Shown piece by piece: positions 23,266 to 36,945 of a stretch of DNA of 64,000 nt. The notes under the pieces are model-generated. The model saw only the letters and a list, made by a program, of their open reading frames with translations. It was not told the DNA's origin and searched no databases. The stretch is taken from the NCBI GenBank assembly GCA_013265495.1, contig MU058919.1, forward strand, positions 1,798,001 through 1,862,000, in the 5' to 3' direction. Origin of the DNA: Vicugna vicugna (Eukaryota). Within the stretch, counting starts at the first letter, position 1, and each line of letters opens with the position of its first letter. Made by a program: the position numbers and the translations under genes.

Positions 23266-26080
23266 TAAACAAGAGGCCGGCCTCTGAGCCATGAAGTCGG
23301 CTAGGACCCTGGCTGGCAATCAGCTCTTTGTTCACTCCCTGATCAGCCACTGAGGCTAAAATATTCCTGAAGGAGCAGTATAACCTTTAGGGGATGAGGT
23401 TCTTACAAAATCTCCAGTTTTACTTTTTGGCTAGAAAACAACGTGGGTTGGTTGAATAGCAAAATGCTTCAATAAATCCATCAGCGCAAAAACCAAAACA
23501 AGAGGTTTCTTTGGAAAAACAGGAAGTCCTGGTACATAACATAGCTTAAAATAGGGCCAAGTTCATTTGTTGGCAAAACCCCAGCCTCCAGAGCCTCTTG
23601 GCCTGATCTGTCCAGATCCAAGTACCCGCTAGTCCCCCTCAGGCCCCTGTCCTGTTCCCTCGGGTGACCGGCCGGCCTGGCCTTTGTTACCCGGACACGG
23701 GACACAGGGCTGGGGCTGGCCAGCCGCTTCCTGCGCACAAGCCCCGAGGAGGGTCTCGGGAGGGGCCGCCCCCCAGCACAGCCGCTGCAGGGACCGGGCC
23801 TGGTGCTTTTCATGAGCTGTGGGCCTGTTTCAGGCTTCTCATCACATTCACACAAAATGGGGAGGCCCTCCTGAATTAGTGCTCTCTGTGTTCTTTACAG
23901 ACAGCCACAGAGCTGGGTTACACAGAAGCCCCGACCGCTGCGCAGGAACTCTACTGCCTGAGCTTAACCCGCGTGCAGTGCGCAAAAGGGGTACCTGGCT
24001 TCATCCACATCTAAGAACGAGCCTCTCTCTTCCTCCAGACCAGGCAGGAAAGAAGTCAGGCTCTTACAGTTTCCATTCTTCCCGAAGGTACCCACTTTCA
24101 AGAGCATGGGCTAGAGAAAACTTCCAAAGAAACGCACTGAAGGTTCTTCAGTGGACAAAGCTCTCCCCGAGTGAAGCAAAACCCGCATTCGTACACGGAC
24201 TGCTGTGGCCACAAGATGCCGCCCGACTGTCATCCCTGACCCACGACAGCCAACTCCACTCCTCGCCCACTGAGTCCTACCTTTCCTTACTGAACACAGC
24301 AAGGCGAGAGCAGGTTATCAGTCACATCCTTGTTAAAATGTGAAACTGCCCAATGCAGACAGAATGACCCCAGAATCAAGTCAGCCAGATTCTTAGAGCC
24401 ATCAGCACCATCAAACCCAGGGTCCAGGGGTCTTCTGTGACCTTCAAAATGTTTCTTCACCACCACGGAAGGCAGAAAAAGGTTTCCGCCCATTACAGTC
24501 CTATAAAAACTTCCTGATGTATTGCATTAAGTAACTTTTTTCCACAGTGCTAACCCGAAGGGAAATTTTTTTTTTAAAGTCCAGGTTTAAGTAGAAAGTG
24601 CCACTTGTTTTGGGATTCTGGTGGGTTTTGTTGGCTTACTGCTGCTCCATGAAGAGTAAGAGGCACACACACAGCTTCATGTAAGAAATGAGAATTTAAA
24701 ATTCAGCCTCACATATGTGGATAATTGTAGTGAAAAATGGGGGGAAAGAGAAATATATAACTTTGAAAAACAATGTGATTTGGATACAATTTAATTTGGA
24801 CCCAAGACTTGCCACCATTGACCCACTGATTCACAGAAGTCCTGGACCCTCATAAGGGCTGCGGCCTGAGGCCAGCATGCTGTTCCAGCCAACTGGCCAT
24901 AAGGATTTTTTTTTTAAACATGGCCCGAGGGCACAAACGCTGGCATGAACCCTGGGAGTGCCCTCCTCTCTGACTTCCTGCCCTACCAGCTGGGGAGAGG
25001 ATTCTATGGGTCAGGGAATTTGCCAGCCACTGGGCTCATCAGGAGCCCGAGGGCTGGAGAACCAGGAATGGGTGCATCTGGGAGCCCGGGTTGGGGGGGG
25101 GGTCCTGACTCTGCTGCTCTTCTGGGGAGACACTTAGGATGAAATGGGGCTCAGGATCCAAAGGGGCTCACCCAGGCCTCACATGTTACCCCCAAGGCTG
25201 TCACCCCCTGAACATGCCCCACTGCCTCAGCCCCACCCTGGGGTCCTTGCTCAGCAGGGGCTGAAGGTGGGGAGGCCTCGTCCCTATAACTGAAGAGCTG
25301 CCCTGCGAACCGCTTATCCAAGTCACTCTTCTGGAGACTGAACAGTATGGAGAAAGTGAACATATGTGACAGCAGGCAGCTGATGCACACAAGCATTCTA
25401 CGCAGCCATTTATTTTAAGGTCTCGTGTGCTATTTTTATACCCCCGAAATCTTGCCAAGGGAATCCACAAAGGAAAACCAGTCCTCTGGAGCCGCTCTGG
25501 CTACTCTGCCTTCACATGTTTACAAAAGGGACCGGCACAGCACCCTATTCAATGCCTTCTCTGAGACAAAGGTCATTAAATAAGTCATTCGAAATGATCT
25601 GAGTTCAAGTCCTTTTTTTTTTTAAAGGTCACAAGTGGCCTTTAAATGGAAATGCAATTTTCTTACCTGCCACCCCTGGCTGTGATATTCTGCACCCCTC
25701 CTGTGTGTGTCACAGTCCACCTGCAACACCGGTTCTGAGCAAGCGACCAGCTGGAAAGTCTGCTGTGGAAAGAGCATTTAGACCCCGGAAGGGAAAGTTC
25801 TGGAGCTGTGCTCTCTGCCTCCAATTATGTGCAGGGCAGCCATGCAGAAGAGGAATTGAATGTATCCTGTGTGGGCAGAACCGTGACCAAGGAGGGCAAG
25901 GAAGCCAAGAGATTTCTGATGGATAAAGAAATTTCTCACAGTTAAGGAAAGGCTGACCCCTGGATGTGAACCACACTCCCTTGGACAGATGCTCCCCTCC
26001 CCCCACAACCGAGGGAGCATGCAGTCTAGTCCAGGACTGTGACCCCCTTGAGCAATGGGGCAGGGATGCTAAGGTGAAGG

Positions 26081-26097
26081 GTGTGTGTGTGTGTGTG
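26081..26097 (+). repeat. (GT)8 microsatellite
   Basis: Read directly. Confidence 0.9.
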
Positions 26098-26919
26098 ACA
26101 TTCAGTCTCACACCTGTAGATGTTTTCCCATGTTCTAGAATCTTCCAGCCTGCCCCAGAGGTGTGCCCAAAGGCAACCCACAACCAACCCCTATTGGATC
26201 CAGGCTCCCTAAGGTCCTTAGAATTCTGAACTCTCATGGGATTCCCACGGAGGCAAACAGCCCCGGTATGTGCCATTTTATTTTCACTCAAAACATCCTT
26301 CCCAACAAGCCGAGCACAGTATTTTCAACTGAGGCCTTGGCATTGTCTAGGAATGTTTTCAGAACTAAGCAAATTGCTAAAGCAAACATCTTATTTTTGT
26401 CTGCTAGGACAGCCGAGCACTGTAAAAATACTTCCTGGTGGCACTTCCAGGGGAACTGCCCCCTCTGGTGGAACCGTCTGACCAGACACTCCGGATCAGG
26501 GAAAACACTCTGGCTCTGGACAGGAGGGTGTGTGGGGCCCCTACCTGTCCCTTGGGGGGTGGTTTCTGCTTCAGGTGCCACCCCCAGCAGCTGGGGAAAG
26601 TTCCCTCTCCTTCTAGCTCCCAGGCACAGCCGCTGTTTGAAATGGAACACCAATTCTCTTCATCTCTGCTGGTGGAGATACACCCTAGTCCTTACTGGGG
26701 AAGGCTTGGGACTCAGCCTCCCGGTGACAGGGCCACAGGGAGGACAATAGGGTCTAGAAAAGACACCCCCAAGCCGGCGGCAGTGGCTGGTACTGCAGGA
26801 GGAGCTAGGGCTGGCCCACCTGGACCCCTGCTCACCCCGCAGGTCACAGGCCCCTCGTGGCTCCTGTAAGTGTTAACAGCATCGCTGGGAGCAGCAGCTG
26901 TGGCAGTGACAACGTCCCC

Positions 26920-27090
26920 AAGTCCTGGGCGCTGTTCTTAGTGCTCTGCATGTATTAACTCATTCTTCCCAACAGTCTTAGGAAATAAGTATATTATCAG
27001 CATTATTTTAAATGACAAGGCTGAGGCCCAGAGCAGAAAACGACTTTGCTCAAGAGGCACAGCTGGGCCCTGTAACTGGGCAAAAACCCA
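26920..27090 (-). mobile_element. MIR SINE
   Basis: GGGCGCTGTTCTTAGTGCTCTGCATGTATTAACTCATT...AAGGCTGAGGCCCAGAG...TTTGCTCAAGAGGCACAGCT is the reverse MIR core. Confidence 0.7.
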
Positions 27091-27249
27091 CGTGCACCTC
27101 TGTTAGTGCTTTCAAAGGGCCGGACCAGGGGGCAGCTGAGGCCTGCAGTCCACACCCCTCCACACTCTGGATAATTAGAAGGTGGCCTTGAACAAGAAAG
27201 GGGAGGGGGCACAGAAGCGGTTCATCAAGGTCACAAACCGTTCACTTTT

Positions 27250-27510
27250 CTTTAGGCGCCATAATGCTATTATTGCTATGTTTTTAAATGAAGGAGCTCT
27301 TATCTTTTAGGAATATAAACTGAAATATTTATTGTTGCAAGAAAGCGACGGTGACGATCTGCTTTAAAATGGCCTGGTGGGATGGGGGGGTTGTGTGAAA
27401 TGAGACTGGCCATCGGTTGCTAACCGCCCAGGCTGGCTGATGGGGACATGAGTATTCAGAACGCAATTTTCTCCACTTCTTTATATTTGAAGTTCTCCAT
27501 CTGTAAAACG
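27250..27510 (+). mobile_element. Old L1 (L1MC/L1MD-type) 3' end fragment
   Basis: CTTATCTTTTAGGAATATAAACTGAAATATTT...GACTGGCCATCGGTTG...GATGGGGACATG matches the L1M 3' UTR end. Confidence 0.65.
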
Positions 27511-30500
27511 CGGACAGCGTCACCTACTTTGCAGAGCTGCTGCGGGGACTATGGACAGCGGAAGCCAGCTCTCAGCGCACAGTGGAGCTTGATGAAGGCA
27601 GCCCCGCTATTGTGTTATTAGTAATAAGGAATATTGAGCGCCTCGCATTTTCCAGGTGGCCCTCAGAGAGGCACAGTGGACAGATAGCTGTGCTGGGATG
27701 ATGGTTCTGGGCTCCAGAGAGCGGGCCATTTGGCCCCTGCAGGACAGGAGCTTGGCGCGAAGGAAGCCTCCCGCCGCAAGGCTGAGCACCCCACGTGGGC
27801 ATCAGCTTCCACGTGGATTTTCACTCCCCCGAACTCAGCCTGCACTGAACGGCCAATACTGGCTGAACCAAGAGAGAACAATGAGCAAATTATCACATCA
27901 TCCTTCTCCTTTGGAAGAGATCTGGAAAGCTAATTATGTGTTACTCCAAGCACATCTTTATTTCTGATGTGGAACTGGTGTGGAAGGCAAGCTAGTGAGT
28001 AGGAACATCATACTTCAGAAAGTCATATTATTTGCTCATCAGTAAGCCACTTGCACGCGTGTCACACGTATGTCATGGGGCCCATCACATCCCAAGGAGG
28101 AGCCTGGCTGTGGCCACACCAGGAACTTGACGTTGAGGGTGGCTTCCTTAGCAGGCCTCAGATGGAGTCCTTTCTCACTGAGGCAACACTGCTAAGTTCC
28201 TCTCAACATACACAAAACCGGGGGGAAATCTAGGCCCTTGGCTCCCCGCCAGTAGTAAAAATTAATTGCCACATAAAACTGCTGATTCCTACCAAATGAA
28301 GCGCTACGATTTATCAACTCACGGATGGCACAAACTCAATAGTGGTTTAACTACATCACCTGAGTTATTGCTGTGTTTTGTATCAGTGACAGCTTTACTG
28401 GGAATGAAAGTTCTGCAAATTCGTTCACGCAGGACAAACTTCCAAAGTAAACAAAAGCAATAAGCAGGCACCATTCCTCTGCAGCTGTGTGACAGGTTCT
28501 CGCAGCCGGAGGGTGTCTGGAAGGACAAAGTCTTCCCAGCCCAGGCCTGGGGTGGGGGCCCAGGGTGTCTCCCTGCACCAGAATCGCCCTCCACCCCCTC
28601 CCAGGGGGTGCTGCCCTCTGACACCCTGAAACCGTGGCACCCTAGCCTTTAGGACCCATCGCGATTTCATTACCTAACTCCGCCCAGCCGTAGGAACCCA
28701 GGTATTTAAAATGCAGGGAAATAAATCATTGCCGATTGCTTTTTTATTTTCAGCCGGGGCAATAAATCTATAAATAGCTTATATGGATGGTGCAGCAGAC
28801 AATTAGGTGGAGACCAACTCTGTGGAAACCAAATCATAGCAGCACCAGGCTCTTCAAGGGCGGAAGACACTTTGTTCCAGCTCCAGTCACTTGCCTGGAG
28901 CCTGGGTACCCTCACCACTTCGTGGGCTATTACCACTATTTTCCTCACCCAAATCCCACCCTAGGTGGACAGCAACGGGTTCGTCTTTTTCTAATTTGAA
29001 TCAGGCCAGGCAGAAACATGTACATTGCTTTCCCGTTTCCACAATCAGTGGAACAGGCAAAGCCGTCTGAACTCCCTAACGTCAGGCCTTCGGAGAGAAA
29101 AACAACTCTGGGGGCAGGCGTGAGGGCAGAGTTCTCACGGAGAACCCTGCAAGGCCCACCGATCCTCCTTCAAAGCCCTAACTCTCGAGAGAAAAGTACC
29201 CCGACTTAAACTCAAGAATCCAGTTACATTAAAAAACGCCAGCGTCACAGCCTAGTATATACACGTGCTTTGTTCTGTGTTTGTTCTTTACATTCAGAGT
29301 GGAGGCTCTGAATCCATTTTAGAAACTTATTCTTAAGGAGACCATGAAACAAAAATCAGAGGTTGGTTTCCCAAAAATCAGAGAGGTTCTTCGTATCCAG
29401 GCTGTTGCTTTTTCCCATTCCTGACTCCAATTTGTCCCTCTGTCACTCTCATCCCTCCCTGCCCACGCAGTGAGGAAGTGGGATGTAGCCCCGGTTTGTG
29501 GTCAAGATCACAGGAAGAAGAATGAAATCGTTCTGGTTTGGTCACTTGGCTCAAAGCTGGTTTTGTTCTTTTCTTCTTTCCTGGCCGTGTTTTGCATATT
29601 TCGGGTTTTAGTTTCACAAGCTCCCCTACCTCGCTGGTTTTACTACTGAGTGAGCAGACTCTTCTCTAATGATTGTCTTAGCCACCCCCACAGGTACCAC
29701 AGCTGTTTCATGTGCAACATGAAATGCTCTGAGGACATGAAGGCAGTTCTGAGTGGCGATGAAATGTTCGCCACTGGAAATGCATCAAGCTGTCCCCAGT
29801 GTCACGGACACAAACTGTGGATCAATCAAGTGGCGGCTTCAGAGAACACCTCGAGATCAGCTGCTGGGAGGAACCTGGGTCTTATGTTAGCTCCAACAAA
29901 GTGCACATGAAAAGCCACTCTCCCTGCCACCAGCGACAGCCCGGAATGTTCTTTGACCCTGGTGTCTGATCCTTCCAGGAAGGCCAAGCCATCATCGGAA
30001 CCCACACGGAAATCCACAAACTGCATGTCGGCCGAGCTCACAACCCCACAGGGCTGCTGACACGAGGATTCACTGAGTGCAGTTAGCTTGACATGCTTCT
30101 GTGGGGATACCCACACTCCTCTGAAAGTTGAAAACAATCCGGGGAGAGTCAACATTTTAATTCGACTCACACCTGGTTGTCAAGTAGCTGCAGCAAAAAC
30201 ACATGCAAGGAACCACTGCTGTGAGGCGGCCGCCCTCTTTGCTGCCTCCACGAAGCCCCTGGGGGCTGGACAAGGAAGTGGCTTGGATCCAGCCACATCC
30301 ACACCCCTGGGCAACCAGCTCCCCAGGGTTTTGATTCCGTGGGTCTCTGAGCTGCAGACTAAATGGGGACCCAGAGAAAGTGCGGAGTAAAGTTAGAGGA
30401 GGGCCCACGGCAGAGGCACATGCTGGCTGTGTGGGCAGCCCCGGGGAAATGAAACCCTCCCAGGGCCTAACGTCTCGGGGCAGCAGTCTGCATTCAGCCT

Positions 30501-32019
30501 CCACTTGAAGGGGAGGTTTTTTTTTCCTCTTCAGGATATTCAGTCCTGCCTGGCTCGAATGTAAGGCTGTCAGGAAAGGGTCCTCAGCCACCTGACTACC
30601 AGCTCCCTTTAACATCTGGGCCACCATCCGGCTGTCCCGAGACCACAGGCTCTCAGCAGAGGGACGTCAGAACTGTGAGCCCCCACCGCAGCTCTCATTA
30701 ACGTGCAACAGCTGGGCACAGCTGGCTACCCCTCTACCACACCATGGGCCAAGACCCCAACCCCAGCAGAGTGAGACAGTGCTTTGGTGGCAAGCGGTGC
30801 TGTGGCCAGCAGGACCAGCGGAGCAGTCCACAAAACCTCAAGGGGAATGTTCTCTGCCTTCTCAGTTCTTAGCTGCACACACGGTGCTGGGTGGTGCCAG
30901 GGAGACAAGTAAGGGGAAGAGACAAGATCCCTGCCCCTGGGGTGCAGTTCAAGGGGAAGGGAGACACGTGGGAGTGCTTTAGAAAGTGCTGCGGTGCTGC
31001 TGTGCACGGGGTGGGAGGGGGCGGCCAAGGGATGGCGAAGAAACATGGACGACCTCCAGGCGACACCCGAGCACAGGGAGGGGCAGGTGCCTCAGATGGG
31101 CTGCTCGCACAGAGGGGCTGTGCTGGTGACTGCCGGCCGCACTGACAGGTTCCTGGGACGTGGCTCTGGGGCCCCAAGGGCCCAGGCCCTGCAGGAGGAC
31201 GTCTGGGACTGGCAGGCTCTCGGGGCGGGGGGGGGGTGCCCACTGCATCACCAACTCCCTTGCAGCCTGGAGACCAGGCTCGCCTGGCCCACAGGGAGGA
31301 CAAGGGCCTGCAGTTCTCTGGGAGGCTGGTTCCCCCTCAGCAACACACCAGGCCCATCTCTTTCTGCACGAGACTCGGAATCTCCTCTGGACTCCACTGC
31401 TTGACCTTGGATGCCTCATTCCATCCCTCTGTCCCTCCAGCTCCGGATCTGAGAGGTAAGCCCCAGGGGTGAAACAAAGCGATGGCCACGGCGGGCCTGG
31501 GCAGAGCGGGTGCCCAGCCCAGTCCCAGCAAACAGCCGCGAGGCTGGGACTTCCAGCTCGACTCTCCCGTGACCGCGGCTCCCTGGCCCCTGCTTTGTCC
31601 CCGAGTGCTGGCCTCCCCAGCGAGCCACCTGCCAGCTCCCAGTAGTTGGGGCCCCTCTGCTGACAACACTGGCACTGCAGGATGACAGCATCACAGTTCT
31701 GTAAGGTTTTAAATTCCAAAATCAGAATAAGTCTAATCTACACAACATTTATAACAATGAGTTTCATGCCGCACGGACTTGCTCTAAGTTTCCATGTAGG
31801 CAGTTCTATTTTCCAGTATTAAATTTCTAAGCTACGACATGGGCTCTTCTGTTTGTTTTGCTATTTAATCAGGAAACAGAGACTTTCGCTGACTAAACCT
31901 CCTTTTTAATGGAGGTTTTCATAGAGAATATTTCGTTTGACTGCTCCTCTGATAACCACTCCCAAAAGTTGAACAGAAACCGAAGATGTGTAATTATTTC
32001 CTTTACTGCATCATTTTAA

Positions 32020-32035
32020 ACACACACACACACAC
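32020..32035 (+). repeat. (AC)8 microsatellite
   Basis: Read directly. Confidence 0.9.
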
Positions 32036-32082
32036 CCCTTAAGGAATTAAGTACTATAGAAAGATAAAAAGTTACCCTCTCT

Positions 32083-32285
32083 AAACCATGGATTTAAGAA
32101 TAATGTATCAATACTTGTTCATTAATTGTAAAAAATACATCATACTAATGTCAGATGTTAAAGTTCTAGAAAACTGCATGCAGGGCATTTGGAAATGTTT
32201 GTATTATTGTCTCAATTTTTCTGTATATCTAAAACTTTAAAAAATACAAATGTAAAATGTATTGAAAAAATTTAAATCAAAAGAA
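32083..32285 (+). mobile_element. Old L1 (L1MB/L1MC-type) 3' end with retained TSD
   Basis: AATAATGTATCAATACTTGTTCATTAATTGTAA...CATACTAATG...GATGTTA...TTTTTCTGTATATCTAAAACT. Flanked by AAAAAGTTACCCTCTCT (32066-32082) and AAAAAATTACCCTCTCT (32286-32302). Confidence 0.8.
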
Positions 32286-34394
32286 AAAAAATTACCCTCT
32301 CTCCCTGACACCACATTCCTATAAAGAACACTCCCACGTTGGCAGGGATTACCTGCTTCCATGCTTCCTGAGCACACTTGCTCTGTGTGTTAAAGCAATA
32401 TTCCATAAGCATCCCGCTGCTTCTGTGGGGTGTGCTGGGGCAGCCCCCTCCTCTGCGGGGGCAGCAGGCAGGCTGGCAGAGCCCAGTGAGGGGGAAGGGG
32501 TGTCCCCGAACCTGAGAGCTTGCTGAAGGCTGGCTGGAAGTCCTTGGTACTGGACTGGGCAGGGGGAGGGGATGGGGGAAGAACCAGGGATTCAGGGGAA
32601 TGAATGGCGAAACTAGGAAATAAATGCAGAATGCCACTGATGGTGGAAATGCTCGGGCCCGCTAACAAATGCGTCATTTGTGTAGGAAGCTTGAGCAGAC
32701 AGGGAGCAGGAAATTAATCCAACATGCTGAGGACTCGAATTCTTGGAACAAGGCAAAGGGGAACCCACCCACCCCAAAAGTGAAGTAAGACCAGAAAGAT
32801 GGCAGTAAAAACTTACAAGACTCAAATTAAAACAGAGCTAATGGCGATGACAGGCAGCCAAGGAGCCAGAGCAGGGACCAGTTGGCCAGGTTGTATTTAA
32901 AGAGCCCTTTAGAGAAGCAAGGCTGACTAGAGCCATGAGGGAAATAATGGCAAAATAAAATCCTTAACAGATTAGACAAAACATCTTTGAAACCAGAGTC
33001 CAATATTTTTCCAATGATTTTTCTCCTTCAACGGTAAGATGATCAGCAAGAATCAACCTCTCAGATACCTAGAAATGGACGCCACACTGTCAAACACTTC
33101 CAAAATCAGATCACAGACCTCTGCAAAGATGTCCACCCAACGCTGCGACTTCAGAAACAGACAAGGAGAGCAGGAAACGGAATCTGGCAACATTCATCGG
33201 GGAGGATGAGCCAAAACAGTCAGCTGCATACAGATGTAGAAGTTGGAGCCCTTGGTGGAAGACACAAGGACCAGGACAGGTGCCTCCCCTCCAAGCTCTG
33301 AGGGTGGCCGGCCCTGGGACGCACAGCCGCCTCGGGGCCTGGGCACTGGTTTTTGTCACCAGGTGCTGAACATCAGAATGGAACCCACGCCCAGCAAGAA
33401 AAGGCAACAAGAGAGGAGGAGTTCAAGAAAGAAAGTCACGGATGCCAATTCCTGGGCCTGGCACACACCGGCTTTCTGCTCCTCCCGGTGAGTAGGGAGG
33501 GGGCCCCCAAGACCATCCACCACCAGCCGCCAAAGGAGCTGCTGGTACCCCAAGTGACTGTCTGGAAATCTCTAGAGGGACACACAGAGCAGACACAGGG
33601 TGACAGATCTCTCCTACCTGGCCTTGAAGGGCTCGAAAGTTCCAATCCAAAGCTGCTCTCAGAGACGTGGTGTACTCCCCTCCATAGGTGCCTCACGGCT
33701 ATTTGACAAGCAAGTCGCCAACCCATTAACAAAAACGTTGCCTGCAGTTTTGGCAATCATCATTTAAGCCATTACTAAACCTGTTAGATGCCATAAAGAG
33801 TTAGGACGGACTGCGAGCAGCTGAGATCCACCCCCAGAGCCGAGCACACTGCATCCGAAAAAGAGCGTCAGGAAAAGAGGCCACGGTACCTCCAAACGCA
33901 TTTGCTCCGACTTTAGCCAAACCCTGCCCAAGAAATCACCTTGATGGCTCTACCCTGCTTTTGCAATAACAGGGGCCACTGTGTCGCTTCTACATTGTTT
34001 TTCTTCCCTCATCCCAAGTTGGTGATGCCCACTTAGAAGCTCAGAAGCATTACATTTCTCCAATGGCTTCCACATCTCTTTCCAATTGGCAGTTTACACA
34101 GAGTGAGCATACTAATGGAATGGGAAACCAGTTTTTATTTGGCAAGTCAACAGCTGTGATTCATCCAGAGGTTATCTGATATTATGGTTACAACAGATTT
34201 TTTATTTCAAAAGAAAGATAAAATTAAATTTCTTTTAGAATACATGTTCATTATGATTTGACACACCTAATGGGCAGTATTTGGGCCTGGTGTATGGGTC
34301 CACACTCCTCGGTGACATGAGTGACCTGAGCTGGGAACGTTCACCCCAGCCAGGGCCAGGAGGCAGGTCACAGGACAGTCTGTTCTCCACCACA

Positions 34395-34465
34395 GTCCAA
34401 CTCACGGAAACTGATTCAGAGAGGTTTCAGGGACTTGCCCAAGTCTCCTGGTCCCTAATCCTCAA
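34395..34465 (-). mobile_element. MIR core fragment
   Basis: GGAAACTGATTCAGAGAGGTTTCAGGGACTTGCCCAAG. Confidence 0.55.
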
Positions 34466-34513
34466 ACTCACTCAGCGTACTGTGGGTGGTGCTGGTCACC
34501 ACCTGGGCATCTT

Positions 34514-34718
34514 CAGGCTTTCTCAGCCTTGGCACTGTGCACATCTGGCCGGCTCATTCCTCACCGCACGGACTGGTCTGCACATCATAATGTGTTTAGC
34601 TGCATCCCTGGCCTCCACCAAGTAGATGCCAGAAGCACCCCCCACCCACCCACATAAATGTCTCCAGGCATTGCACCTGTCCCCTGCGGGACAAAATCAT
34701 CCAGGCTGAGAACTGCTG
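34514..34718 (-). mobile_element. MER20 (hAT-Charlie non-autonomous DNA transposon), near full length
   Basis: CAGGCTTTCTCAGCCTTGGCACT...GCATCCCTGGCCTCCACCAAGTAGATGCCAG...AAATGTCTCCAG...GCTGAGAACTGCTG is the reverse of the MER20 consensus, with both termini present. Confidence 0.85.
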
Positions 34719-35614
34719 GGTGATCTTGGGACCAGCCCTCCTCACCAGGGCATGTGATCGTAGTCAGCCGGGAATGCTCAGTGTGCAAGTTCATTCGTGG
34801 CTCCTCTGTGTGGTCAGGAGGATGACACAGTCCCACCAAGCCCAGCCCAGTCCCTTTCAGCCAGGACCCTCGAGACAAAGTTCTGGGATCCTCTTGGCAC
34901 CGTGGCTCTGCAGGGCTGCAACCACCACCAGGCCCTTGGCACAGGCAAGGTGGCGATGCAGGGCTGGGAAGGGCACCTGGCTGGAAATGGGGGTGGAGGG
35001 AGCTTCTCCTCATAATTACTATTTTTAGACTAAAGAAACCTTTCGCCCAATTAGATGATCATTTGTCCTTAAAAAGCATTACACAAAAACCCGTACATGT
35101 ATGTTTAATGCCAAGGGTCTATCTAGAGATATCTTCTACTCTGTAAAACTTTTTGGCAAGATGATCTTTCTTTCCAACAGAATTTCTTTTTAAAACAAGT
35201 TCAGCACCATTCACAGGAGTGAGGGTTCCATCTAGAAAACACCACCTTGGCCCAGGCTGAGGAGAACCAAGTCCTCTGCTGATGATTCACGGGGACTCAT
35301 ACGCATCACCGGGTCAGCCTGTGTCACTCACTGCCACGGTGACAGCGGGGGAAGAGCTGGGACCGGATGTCTGGGCCAGGATCTTGAGGGCAGTTCACCA
35401 TTCGGGAGAATTAGCCTCCAATTCACACTGGTTGGTTTTTCCCAACTCATCCCTTTCCACTTCTCACTCCCACAAAGGGAACCGGGAAGGTAACCGTTCT
35501 CACCCAAGTTGCCGTCCCAACGACTCACTCGGAATCTTAACGAAAAGGGCCGTCTAGCAAGCAACTCAAAGCTACGGTAAGTCAAGAGTTCAGATGCTTT
35601 TCTCTCCCTGGAAA

Positions 35615-35715
35615 TAAGCCACGTTTTTGGGCCTCGGTCTTCTCATCTGGAAAACAAGGAGGGTGACCGAGTGGCCTCCAGAGGGTTCCTTCCAACCCTT
35701 GCATGCTGTTGACTT
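35615..35715 (+). mobile_element. MIR3/MIRc-like SINE fragment
   Basis: TTGGGCCTCGGTCTTCTCATCTGGAAAACAAGGAGGGTGACC...GGTTCCTTCCAACCCT. Confidence 0.6.
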
Positions 35716-35868
35716 TCTAAAGCCCACAGGCCACTTCGTAATTCTGAATGAGAGGAGAACAGCCAGAGGAACTAAAAGAGCAAGCTTAAAGCACCGTTCT
35801 TTTTACTTTGCAGACAGTTTCTTGGGACAATATTCTATATAACTCAAACCCTAGTTGAGAGGTTTAGT

Positions 35869-35895
35869 ATAGATAGATTGATAGACAGATAGATA
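35869..35895 (+). repeat. Degenerate (GATA)n simple repeat
   Basis: ATAGATAGATTGATAGACAGATAGATA. Confidence 0.75.
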
Positions 35896-36479
35896 ATAAA
35901 GGGCGGGGGCGGGGCTGTTAGACTGGAAAAGTCATGAGCCAAAGTAAATGACCGTGAGCACACTAACCACACACCTGCAGTGCTGGGGAGGCGACGTTAA
36001 AAATGATGGTCACAGCAAGGAACAGAATGGAGCAGCTCAGGGAGACAGGGGATTCCGTACAGTTGACCACAGGGATGATTTGGGGTCCTGCTAGCAACGA
36101 AATAAAGACCACGGCGAGCACCGCCCGTTGGACACGGGAGTAAGCGTGACTCAGGGGTACGTTTTGAAACACACAGCAATCTGTTCATCCTCGCTCTCCA
36201 GCGGTGCTTCTGCCCCTCGAGGCGCACCTGCGCAGCGCTTCCTGTTGCCCTGGCCCGTTCTAAATATTAACCAGCTCAGCTGCCCATCACCTGGGGCAGC
36301 TCCTCCTCCTCGGCTACAAGGAGGCAGAGAGGGCTAACTAGGTGAAATGTCAAAGCTACCCAGGTTGTGCTGCCCAGGCGGGAGGGGCCCCTCGCCCTGG
36401 GGAATGGACCAAGGCCACAAAGACCCAAAGGGCCACCAGCGGCAGGATGGATATGTAAGTCGAAGGACATTCATACACC

Positions 36480-36945
36480 AAAATATGACACAGCAAGGGA
36501 CAAAATGAACCACCACGCACACCAAACACAGATGGACCTCAGAGACAACACAAAAGACACGAGGCGGGGGGGCAGAGCTCCATGGCACACTTGCTTAGTG
36601 TGCATGAGATCCTGGGTTCAATCCCCAGTACCTCCATTAAAACAAACAGGTAACTAACTAAACCTAATCACCTCCCTCGACAAACAACAACAACAACAAC
36701 ACACAAAGAGTACAAACCGACTCCCAAAACAACGCTAATCCAGCCGAGTCAGAGAGTATGCGTGGGGAGAGGGAGCTACGGCTAGAGGGTCTTCAGAGGA
36801 GACTTCTGAGGGGCTGGTAACATTAGAACTTGCCCTGGGTGGGAGTTAACTTTTTTTTTGATGTGCAAATTCATCAAGTTGCACACTCAAGATTTGTGCA
36901 CTGTTCTGTCTGTATATTCTATTTTCACGAACATTTTAAAAGAGG
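36480..36945 (+). mobile_element. Old L1 3' end interrupted by a camelid SINE
   Basis: CAGATGGACCTCAGAGAC...CACAAAAG on the left. TTCATCAAGTTGCACACTCAAGATTTGTGCACTG...TGTATATT on the right. Both are L1M 3' end motifs. Confidence 0.55.
36566..36700 (+). mobile_element. tRNA-derived camelid SINE (Vic-1 type), diverged
   Basis: GGGGG head, decayed A box, B box GGTTCAATCC, CCCCAGTACCTCCATTAAAA...CCTAATCACCTCCC and a (CAA)n tail. Confidence 0.8.

Noticed and set aside
27115-27140. CTCF-like motif GGACCAGGGGGCAGC (weaker ones near 1135 and 48760)
   Set aside because: Mismatches at high-information 5' positions. Such partial matches are expected in GC-rich DNA.
30979-31719. 246-aa minus-strand ORF (longest in the track)
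   Set aside because: TTG start, Pro/Gly/Arg/Ala-biased, many overlapping ORFs on both strands, and no homology I recognise.
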